This document shows positions 50,384 to 61,475 of a DNA stretch of 64,000 bases, in pieces. Origin of the DNA: Tubulanus polymorphus. Lineage: Eukaryota > Animalia > Nemertea. The position numbers and the translations under genes are program-made. Under the pieces are notes generated by a model. The model searched no databases. It was not told the DNA's origin and worked only from the letters and a program-made list of their open reading frames with translations. The stretch spans positions 21,384,950 through 21,448,949 of the forward strand of contig NC_134029.1 in the NCBI RefSeq assembly GCF_964204645.1, given 5' to 3'. Within the stretch, counting starts at the first letter, position 1. Each line of letters begins with the position of its first letter.

Positions 50384-53300
50384 ATGAGCGGGCAAAGCGC
50401 TCTGCGTATTTGGACGTGGATTTTTTGTTTGGTCTCCGCCGTCGGTGCCAAACAGAACAAAATTTTCGTTCAGATGCCAAATGTTCAACCGAAAGTGGTA
50501 AGTTTCAGCAGCTTACAGCCAGTATATTGTCCTCCTGTCGACCCCGCTACGACTTGAATACACTGCACACATGTCACTTGTTTTCATAACAGGTGTCTCA
50601 CTACATTGAATCTCATGTACATTATCTGAACAGGTGTCTGAAAGAAATATGAATTTTAAAAGAAATATACATAACATTATTTTTGCTTTTTTGATGGAGC
50701 TGTTTCCCCTATTCTGACGCCATTATTAAATAGAAATTAGATAGAAATTGTTGGTCTCGATAGAGGCCGTTGTTTAGGAGAGTTTGATGAACAATGACAT
50801 CATAAGTAAACATCTTAATTTCAATTATCAAGTTTGGTTTTGCAGTGAAATAGGTCGCTTCATAATTAGTCAGCAGTGAAAGCCAGCTAGGCGCGATGAC
50901 CAATTACCCTTAATATGTAAAGAAGACATCCTACTGATTACTAATCCATCACAAAAATTCATTTACTCATATAGATTAAGTTACAAATGTTTAATCATTT
51001 CGGAGGAACCATTTTCGGGGACACACTGTATTATAATGTTCACAAATTCGAATTTAAAAAAAAGTATATCTATTAGATTTTCTTGCCACAAAAATCTTAT
51101 CTAGGCAGTAAGCGAAATTCTCTCAGAGATCCTCTCACCCTGAGATCCTATTCACGCAATCTGATAAATTGATCGTGTTTTCCTCGGCCGAAAAGGACGG
51201 GTGCAACCGATGGATCTCACAAATGGATATTTGAGTAATTTTCAAAACGAATTACAAGATCTGTAGAATTTTATACGGAAATATGTATACAATTTCACGT
51301 AGATCAGTGTACAGCTGTGCTCTCCTTGCAGATACAGAAGATTTATGTTCAAAAAGGAACAATAAAAGCGATTTCAGTAGATACTCTACATAATGCGAGA
51401 AGATAAACTGAACTAAAAGAATATTTAGAATACATCATATCGGGATAATGTATATCGATGTATTTTTAGTATATCATTGACAACGTGACAAAAGGCACGG
51501 CAATATCATCGAAGCTGAGTGGGCGAATCGTGCCACGATTCTCTAACGACTGAGCTGACATTTTCTCGTATCACCGAGGAAAAAAACGGTCGCTATTGAA
51601 GAATAAACTAGGCCGAATTATATATTCTACGCGAATAAACCGATTATCATCTATTAAAACCAATCCTCTTAATAATCTTTTGAAATAGAGACTTCAAATT
51701 ACTTATTCATTCACCAGGCGGTTAAGTCATTTATCAATACAACGCCGGAATTATTAAACACTACTTCACGATGAAATTCTTGATGGAACACTCCGCGATG
51801 AAACGATTATACGGTACAATACACGACCAAAAAATAAAAAAGGATTTTTTTCGAGTTAAAGTTTAGAATACGTTGAAAATAAAATATAGCTTAAAGAAAA
51901 CCTTTCGGACTATTTTCATTTTCTGAATCGTGGGATTTTACAGTATTACATGTGATGAAAATGTTCCGCTTCCCCGGATGCACAAGCACTGGCGTGCGTT
52001 AAATTATGAGTTAACAATTGAAAATGAACTGATTCTAACTGAAATCCAACTGCACACTACCTACGAGCAATCATGATGATTGCTCGTAGACCCTGCCAAA
52101 CTGGGCATATTGGATACTTCAACATGCCACAGGTAGCAGGTCCTTGAATTGTTGATAATGGATGAATAGCTTCACACAAATATTGCTATAGATACGTAAT
52201 TAGATATTTATAACGTAATGAATTAATCCACGCTACAATGACGTTTCGACGTCGTTGCCATAGAAACAAGGTGCGCGAAAAGACGATGCTACAGCGTGGA
52301 GCAGACGTGGATACATTCTGTCACCTTATTACCGGGCATCAACGAATTTAATTATCACCGCTTTGAGAGAAATCCAAATTCCAGTAATCGGGATGTATAT
52401 ATGCGTCGCAGCACAAGTATCAATCCATTAAAACCTTGTCAATAAAGTTTCATTAATACATATATAATTCACACTTATCCATCGATCGATTTAACCTTGT
52501 TGACCTTAACCTTCGCCTGAATTGAAATTTCAGTTGAAGTGACAATCGATGAGATATCTTTGTTTTGTTCGTAGATGCCGTTTTCAATCAAATTTAAAAG
52601 TCAGATTTAATTTTGAAAGCATTCGTCTCTAACGCGCATCGAAATGTTGAGAGTCCTAAGCGTTTTTCTCGTATTTCGAGTATGCGGCGTTCCACCAGTC
52701 AGATAAAATTATATTCCTATCATCAATAATTCTGTAATGCGTTTTATGAACGTTGTTTCAGCATGATACATACATGTGTACTGCGATGAAAATGAACTCA
52801 ACTGAATATGTCGGTAGGTTTCAATACATCGATGATAATAACATCGATCCAATATCTTGTCAAATCATTTGTTTATTTTCTCCGATTCTTTTGAAATTTC
52901 GTAAATCAGTACGTTGAAGTATCTCATGATTACTCTATTATCTAGTGTCATTTACTCCGAAACAATCAAAACCACACACGGCGCATCACATGTTGTTATA
53001 TGGTTGCGAATCTCCAGGATTCAAAGATTCCTCATGGTAAGGAAATTACGCCATTTTCCTGTAACTATTTGCAGAAAAATTTTCCGAAGTCCTAAGACAA
53101 GAAATTGAAAGAAAATATGTTGAAAAACACAGAACAATTGTCTTCAAAATAATTTAGATTTAATTCATTGGATTCGATTTTTATTATTCAATCAGTGTAC
53201 CAATATCACGTTTAAATGGAAACAAACATTGAAATTCTGATTGATTTTCTAACCGTTTATACCAAAAAGCAAAGTCTTCGGATTCATAAGAAATTTTTTT

Positions 53301-56300
53301 GTCATTGATGTCATTCAGGGATTGCGGAGAAATGCATTCGGGTGATGGTAAAACCATGAGACAAGGCCCAACTTGTGCATCAGGAGCAAAGATCATTTAT
53401 GCCTGGGCAATGGAGGCGCCCAACCTTCAGCTACCGAAAGGTAATAGACCTCTCAGGAACCTAATCCAACCAGTCAATCTGATGTTTGAAACGCGTATAA
53501 GAATTGTTTTTTTAAATCTATATGTTCTTCTCAATTTCAGATGTCGGTTTTAAGATCGGCGGAGACAGTAAAATCAACTGGCTCGTTTTACAAATTCACT
53601 ACAAAGACGTAGATAGATTTGTCAGTAAGTCTTGAAATACTTCTCTCCTTTAAGACGATCTTTGAGACATGACTAAGTTGGTATTCACGATTTTTCCAAG
53701 TCACGTAGTCGGAAACTTTTAGTTGGATTATACCAAATTTATAGTTGATGCTATGTCTGAAATTGCCGTGCCGATCCTTTCTAATTACAGAGGGTGATAC
53801 GGATAATTCGGGATTAGAACTGCAACTCTCTCCGCAGCCGTAAGTTAAAATCTAATTAAATCGAGAGAAATGCATATTCATTTCTCCTGCGGGCGAAGAA
53901 CACGTTTCCACCACATCACTGCCAGTAATAGACCCGATAGCGCGGCGTATGACGAGTAGAGAATCAAATTAGATTCGATCCACGTCAAAAACTGCAATTC
54001 AAATAATACTTCATATCTCTTCTGCTACTTCATTTCGCAACGTAGGAAATCAATAGACTAGACGTATATGGCGTCCATACCTACATTATATTCATTTACG
54101 AAATCTTTCTAATTTTCTTACATCAAAAATATATATCGCTATGTATCATCTATATCAACTCTCCTGTGTAGAAAGCCTGTTATTAAATCAGTACACGATC
54201 GTTATATTTGCATGATAGAACACCTAAGAGTGCTGGAATTTATCTAATGTCCACAGTGGGGTCAATCGCCCCCAGGAGTACAGGTAAAATAACCACAACA
54301 TAATAACTGCGAACATGTATCTACGTTTATGTCTTTTTTGTGTAATATTAGTGTTTATGCATGAGGTATCTAAGAATACCTTGGTATTACCCGTCCCTCA
54401 GATGTAATCAAACACCTTCTAACTAGCTGTGGTAGTTTTTTGTCTATTTGTAAGAAGTCATTTTCAAATGCATAAAACATAATCCCACTACCAAAATTAC
54501 AACACAAAGCGTACGGTATACAAGAATTCAAATGCATAATTGAAAACCTAAAATGTCGGGCTAAAAAGTCGGGCTATATCTAAAACATGAAACATCGATA
54601 TTAGAACAGACATTAATAAAATAGTCAGCTGCATCTAAATAGGTTCATCATTGATATAGATCAAAATGAAATCAATTAGATATTAAACCAATGCGATATC
54701 CTATAGGAAAACTGACTCCACTGGTTACCGAGCACGTTGTCACAGTAATAGATATGGTCACGTAACTAAGGGTCGAATGAAAGCACCCAAAAATGTACAG
54801 AAATTATATCTTATCACAGATATACTCATGGCGTACATACATTTCATATCCATCATCTTGCGAATCATTTTTCTGTTTTATTCGTAACAGAACTCCGATG
54901 GTTGGTGGAATATACGTGATGTCCACCGGGGGAACGATAGCCCCTGAAAGTACCGGTATGGCCATGTGTTAACTGGGCTTTCAGTATAGATATTGTCAAC
55001 ACTTATATTGCAGCAGCATGAAATTACTTTGCCTGATGTGCAAATTATGGATTAGGGACAAATTTAGACACCATGGACAACTAATGATAAGCCCTCATAA
55101 AGCTAAAGCTAACCTTATTCACAGCGACAGAAAATAGGTACTTTTTATGAACCAACGGGGTATATATACTCATTGATATTTCAGTACTCCTAATGGTGCC
55201 GGTGTCATAGCAATGGGAACAAGCGGGGCGATCTCTGCTACATCAATTGGTATAATTTTAGAAAATCCGTTTCCCCTACAGTTTCTTTAGATATGTGAAC
55301 TGAAATTTGGGTGACGGACGTGAAATTGAATACTTTGGCAATCCGTTTCATGGTAAACGGGCTTCAGAACTCATATCTTGACTAAAATGCCTTTCTTTTC
55401 TAAAAACCTGAAAAATCCATACATGTTTGGATTCGTGGGGACGAATTCGCTTTGCTGTGTTGTGACCTATTCCCTTCAAGATTCCTCTAGGGTGACTGTT
55501 GTTTTGTTTTTCTTAATTGTTTTGTCGATCATACTGGTCCGTAGATATTCGAATGATCGTTATTTCACGTATTTTCATTCCTGGATATTTTTTGTCGTGA
55601 TGATATTCAATGTCTATTAATTTTGACTATTGTCTTGTCGTGTCAGAAATCACGTGTGTCCAGGATGTACACTTTTTCTATTTTTTGTGTTGTAAATCTG
55701 GAAATCTAAAATAAACAACTGCATGATTTCTCAAATATAGATAAACTGATACACGCAGATGTACTCATACGATTACCCCGATAATTATTATCTTTAGTTT
55801 ACATGGAGACGGCATGCAAATACAAAGACAAAATCGACATCTATCCATTTGCGTACAGGACCCATGCGCACAGTCACGGTAAGCGCATTATCCACATTTG
55901 ACGATCAAACATGAAATACACATTCATTGCAACATTTTTGGTAATTTGCTATCGCGTGAGAATCGATAATGAGAGAGAGAGAGTTCTCTATGATTATAGG
56001 CGTGGTCAATTCTGGATATCGAATACGTGATGGAAAATGGACGGAGATAGGTCGGAAATCACCGCAACAACCTCAGGTCGCTATCGTCTATAATCTGCCA
56101 CATCTCACCTCGTGTTTAAGAGTGATTAACGTGTTGATATTAACTCGAATAATTCATATGATTACAGATGTTTTATAAAGTGACCAATCCAGGCATGGAT
56201 GTGAAGAAAGGCGATATCTTAGTAAGTTCATGAATACTTGATAGACCATGGACGTTTAGATACGTCCATGGATGCTGTATTAATAAGACGAATGATTTCA

Positions 56301-57001
56301 TCGAGTAATTTACACTCATTCATTCTCATTTTAGGCGGCGAGATGCACCATGGTAAATAAAGATAACGAGGTTGTACAAATTGGGTAAGGAATAGAAATA
56401 TCGGATGATTCAGAACGGCAATATCGATGATATATCGTGCCAATTAGCAGATTCGTGCGCAATTTACATGAAACGTTTCTTTTTTACTTCCTCATCCTCC
56501 AGAGCACAAATCATTCTAGATTAGATTAGATAACCGTTTCGTATACAGCTTTTATGTATCGGCCTATAATGCTAATTGCATCTGTTCATTTTCAGTTCAA
56601 CGGCTAAAGATGAAATGTGTAACTTCTACATTATGTATTGGACACACGGGGATCATTTGCCTAGCGTGACTAACTGCTGGACGTTCGGACCGCCGCAGTG
56701 GAACTGGGGAAACTTCGAGGACCAGAGAGCCATCAATTTGAAAGCCGAACCGAAGACGGCCAGTACGGATCCGAATAGTCACCAGTCGTACAAACAGACC
56801 TCTCTATTGAAACAGATAATCAAGACGGCCGGTGCCCAGCAGACGACCGGCGATAACTCGGCTTACGAGTACTACAACGAGGTTCGTCCCGAAGATGAGC
56901 AGGAGATGCGCGATAGGATTCTCGCTGAACAATACGACCAACGATTCGAACCGGACGACGAGTATTCATTCCTCGGACAGTCAGATGCTTGGAACTACTA
57001 A
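50384..57001 (+). CDS. PHM: Peptidylglycine alpha-hydroxylating monooxygenase (monofunctional soluble PHM, ~414 aa)
   Basis: Exons 50384-50497 (signal peptide), 52762-52813, 52946-53036 (AHHMLLYGC), 53319-53440 (IIYAWAMEAP), 53541-53624 (LVLQIHY), 53791-53839, one of three 65-nt alternatives, 55798-55878 (FAYRTHAHSHG), 56000-56076 (SPQQPQ), 56168-56221 (MFY), 56335-56384 (AARCTM), 56596-57001 (DEMCNFYIMY). All CuH and CuM ligands are present; there is no PAL or transmembrane domain. Confidence 0.95.
54219..54283 (+). CDS. PHM: PHM alternative exon a (TPKSAGIYLMSTVGSIAPRST)
   Basis: 65 nt, AG/GT flanks, phase 2 in and phase 1 out, open frame; homologous to copies b and c. Confidence 0.85.
54891..54955 (+). 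CDS. PHM: PHM alternative exon b (TPMVGGIYVMSTGGTIAPEST)
   Basis: 65 nt, good polypyrimidine tract plus CAG, donor GTATGG, same phases, open frame. Confidence 0.88.
55185..55249 (+). CDS. PHM: PHM alternative exon c (TPNGAGVIAMGTSGAISATSI)
   Basis: 65 nt, TTTCAG acceptor, donor GTATAA, same phases, open frame. Confidence 0.82.
55677..55701 (+). promoter_or_regulatory. Putative intronic RNA docking site for mutually exclusive splicing
   Basis: TCTATTTTTTGTGTTGTAAATCTGG is complementary to both 54491-54509 and 55117-55138. Confidence 0.65.
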
Positions 57002-58988
57002 AATCAAAATCACTCAAAATTTAAGTTATGGTTAGAATTAATCAAACACCTTTGACGAGGTTATCAGTCTCATTCGGCGTATTAGCTAGAATCTCTGCAA
57101 TTTGATCAACGATACATTGCTCAATTGAAAAGTCTCAATTAAAACGAAAATTCTAAAACTCCTCAATAGTTAATGATTGTTTACACGCAAACCACTGATA
57201 GATCTTAAAATAAGACGATATTTATCAATAACATCGCTTCAAATCCAGCGAATGTGACATAAATTCTTCTAATTAATGAAACATTCTATCTTCTGCCGTT
57301 GATTAATCTCCCTATAAATAAGTTATATAATATGTATCAGTTTCTTTGAATTCAACAAGTAATCCATGTTTGTTGTTGCTTTTTCGAAATGTGTTGTACC
57401 TAATTATAGTCAAATCACACACACACACAAAAACATATGATACAACTACAGGATCAAGGTCAATTTATCTAGATTTTATGTTCTTCGACCTTCGGTGAAG
57501 GTTGAAACACGTATCTAAGTACTTTGAATTTGTATACCATAGGTTATTTCAAAATCTCAATAAGTAAGGGTACAAAGTGTAAGATGTAAGACTTAAATGG
57601 CTTAGGACCGAATGGGCATTGATTCCAATTTGGACTAGTCCCATGTTTGTAATGCCCTCTGATTTGTACATAGCTGCTAAAGCTGATGTATATACGGTTT
57701 ATGGTAACGTTTTCTACGGAATGAGAACAATGAATACACGACAAAAATCCTAAAACTTTGATGATAATATTTCGGTATATTCCCATTGACCCGAGCAGTG
57801 AGTATTTGTGTTAAAACCTGTATATTGCCGCCCCACATGTATAAACTTGCATTTTAAAAAGCTGTGATCGATGTTCATCAGATACAAACGATGAAGCCCA
57901 TATAACGCAACATATTGTTGGGAAAACGGGGAATGAGTCTTGGGCAAATGAGATCATAACATGTTGTCAAAGATGGTGTTGTCAAACGTAATTAATGATC
58001 GTGAAATAATGTATTAATTATTTGTTAACTAAATTAATGTTATAAATAACACATGTAAATTATTGAATATGTGTGCAAAACCAGTGACTTCCGGTGAGGG
58101 ATAAGATTCGTTTGAGCTGGTAAATATAGGGGGAAATTTATCATTGTTTTGTTCTAATCAGGGAGGTGGTCCTCCCAATTGCTTCACGGGAGGTATCTTT
58201 TTTCTAATGTATGCGACACGCGTCCGCCTTTTGTCCATGGTAGTTCTGAAAATAATGGGGGAAGACAGCGAAAAACTGCGCAGGGGGTGGAAAAAACGGA
58301 TTGCAAACTTGAGGAATAAAAACAAGAATATGAAACATAGTTTCTGCACTGAATTATACCGTTTCGATATTTCATGGTAAGCGCTCTCCTTAAACCTTTG
58401 CGCGAAGAAAATAGAATCATTATCATCGAAATCAAAAACATTTATTGTGAAACGTTAATCCCTTTCTGTCAGGCATACATTTTTTTGATTGATTTATTTG
58501 AATTGTACTCTAAAATGTTCAACAATATTTCTAAACCATTGGATGAATAAGTCGGGTACGCTACGAAGGATAACGGCTGCTATTATGTAAATTACCGTGT
58601 GTATAATATCATTTTATTTTTGTCAAGTGAAAAATATATTTAAAAGATTACGATCACGATTTAGCGTCTCTGTTGATTTTGGATTCGGGTGGTACTGGCA
58701 TTTGCAAGCAAAATGATCGGCCCGAGGATATTTCCCATGGCAGCTGTGACTGACATTCAGTAACATTCAGTAAGGGGTTGGAGGAGCCGGCATCACCATC
58801 ACTTTAGTGACTAATGGCTTATCATAAACCAAACTATAGACCGGTTTACCGCTAGACTTGTTTTCGGCGAAAGCGTCGTTGGACCCATTAATATCGGAGC
58901 CCGCCTTCATTTGATCCACTTCGACGTTGCGCAATACCAGCGTTGTTTAAATCGGGATTCGAACTCACTTCATTCATAAATCGACAAA

Positions 58989-61229
58989 ATGGCCGCATCC
59001 CGATCCGTGTTAAGCCGGGCGTTATTGAGAAATTTCAGAAATTTTCAGGTAAACAGCCATGTTAACAAGACCAAACTTTTTGATGCCATGATAAGCATAT
59101 TCTTAATGCTGCAAATCGTAAATCTTACAAAAATTGTACATCTAAAGCCCCAAGTTGTTGTATCATACTGTCTCCATTCTCAGTATTCTGTATTCTAAAC
59201 TTAAAGCAGGTTGGGTTCGAATCCCAGATATATTCATTATATACATTGCGTAATGAATATTTCGTCTTCTATTTAGGGTACCGCATTAATAAATCAAACG
59301 AGATTTCGTTCGTCGCGCCCGTTGAATACTGTGATATTGTTTGTACCGCAACAGGAAGCTTGGATAATTGAAAGATTCGGTAAATATCATCGTTTATTAG
59401 AACCGGTAGGTAACCCGCTATTTCCGTGTATTTTCCATAATCATTCGTTATAGCATGTTGATGCTGTATTTGATCTTCTTAACTTTAGGGTTTGAATATC
59501 TGTATACCGATCATAGACACTATTAAATACGTGCAAAGCTTGAAAGAAATAGCAATAGATATACCCGAGCAAAGCGCAATTACTACTGGTAAGGGTGAAA
59601 CAATTTTTCAATAGAGTTGACATATTGAAACTAACTGTCTAGAGAATTGGTAACATTTGTTTTTGACTTTCTTACAGATAACGTGACCCTCAATATTGAT
59701 GGAGTTTTGTACCTAAAAGTAAAAGATCCGTATAAGGTAAATAAATGAATCATTCGAACTGGTCCATATTGTGGGTTTTACCATCGAGTGAGTGGTTCGC
59801 TTACTGGTTTTATCACCTATAGAAACATATTGAAGTTTTCAATTCATTTCTGCAGGCGAGTTACGGAGTTGAAGATGCCGAATACGCTATTACACAACTC
59901 GCTCAAACCACGATGCGATCAGAAATCGGTAAAATTAGTCTCGACCACGTATTCAGAGAGAGAGAATCGCTTAACATCGCTATTGTCGGTGAGAATTGTT
60001 CGTTGGACTTAACATCCTTTTTCCTTAACGGCTTAAATCATCATATCGATAATGTTGATGTATATTTCTATTTCAGATGCGATAAACAAAGCTTCTGAAG
60101 CTTGGGGAATCAACTGTATGCGTTATGAAATCCGTAAGCAAATATTCCGCCCCGTTAAAACCGAACAGCAGTCGTCCGTCGGCAGGCCTGTAGCATTTGT
60201 TTCCTATTTTAGGTGATATGTCGCTGCCGGCAAGAATTCAGGAAGCCATGCAGATGCAGGTGGAAGCTGACCGAAAGAAAAGAGCAGCGATTCTCGAATC
60301 GGAAGGTATATTTCGATTGAGAGTACATAGACTTTCGACGAAGTTGATGAAGATTCTCGATGAAATTGTTTTTTCGATTTCAGGTATTCGAACTGCCGAT
60401 ATCAACGTGGCGGAAGGTAAAAAACAAGCGACGATTTTAGCTTCCGAAGCTTTCAAGACGGAGCAAATCAATCAAGCTGAAGGTAGGAAACTAATCTACA
60501 AAATATAAAGTCAATTCTCTGGCAAAAGAACGATGTCTTATGGTAATCATTTTAATTTACAATGGGCTAAATTTTTGTGATCAGAAAAACGAGGGTGGTG
60601 GACAATCAAGGGTGACAGGCTGTAACTGAAACCAGATAGTTTCAGATAGTCTATGTTTTGCTAAAAGCTATAGTCCAATTCAGATTGGATCTTAATAAGT
60701 TGTGGAACAGTGACACGATTAGAACCGTTGGAACCGGTTTAGAACCGTCGCCCTATATTAAATGTACTGTAATTTTCTTTTTAAAGGTGAAGCTGAAGCG
60801 CTTAAGAACATAGCGAACGCACGCGCTGAAGCAATCAAAACTATAGCGAAATCCATCTCTGAACAGGTAATGGTCTGCTTTGAATTATCTTAGTTTTGAC
60901 CATTTACTTGAAAAATTATGTACAGTATTACTGCATACATTGATTGTTACTTGTATCATTTTACAGGATGGGCCGAATGCAGTTTCATTGAACATAGCCG
61001 AGAAGTATATCGAAGCATTTGGCAAATTGGCGAAAGAAGGCAACACTGTATTGCTACCATCAAACACTGGCGATATCAGCTCAATGGTAACACAGGTACA
61101 GTATATTCAGATTCGGTCCTGAAACTATTCTCCGTTAGGGATTTTGTACTCATAAATTTGATAACTTTTCAGGCCCTGTCGATTTACAAAACTGTCGGCG
61201 TAGAAAAATCCAACAAAGATGAATCATGA
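58989..61229 (+). CDS. STOML2: Stomatin-like protein 2, mitochondrial (~331 aa)
   Basis: Exons 58989-59048 (Arg/Ser-rich presequence), 59277-59405 (FVPQQEAWIIERFGKY), 59489-59588, 59678-59736 (DNVTLNIDGVLY), 59856-59988 (ASYGVED..AQTTMRSEIG), 60077-60133, 60213-60305 (MQMQVEADRKKRA), 60384-60482, 60787-60866, 60967-61095 (AEKYIEAFGKLAK), 61173-61229. All phases are consistent. Confidence 0.96.
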
Positions 61230-61475
61230 TAACAAGATACATTTACTCTATCTAGAGATTGGTAATAAAGCGAACTGACTCCTGGTACTGTTTGAATTCC
61301 AAATATCAACTTGAAACAAAGCGATAGTTAGTTATAAATATAAATATAAAACATTTATTATTGTACAGTAAAAATAAATTAAATGTGTCGTAAATTTTGG
61401 CATTTGACTTATTTCAAACACATTCAAGAGACCACAGCTTATTAGTTCTTGTTTTGTACTGAATATCGGACAAAC

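Noticed and set aside
53840-55797. A fourth copy of the PHM alternative exon
   Set aside because: I scanned the flanking introns by eye for another TPxxAG/GG..M.T.G.I pattern with AG/GT ends and found none.
57002-58988. Search for a PAL domain or transmembrane exon after PHM (bifunctional PAM)
   Set aside because: The PHM frame stops at 57001 and no NHL/PAL-like exons appear before STOML2.
59209-59229. Isolated B-box GGTTCGAATCC (also at ~23723)
   Set aside because: No A-box or cloverleaf; not a tRNA gene.
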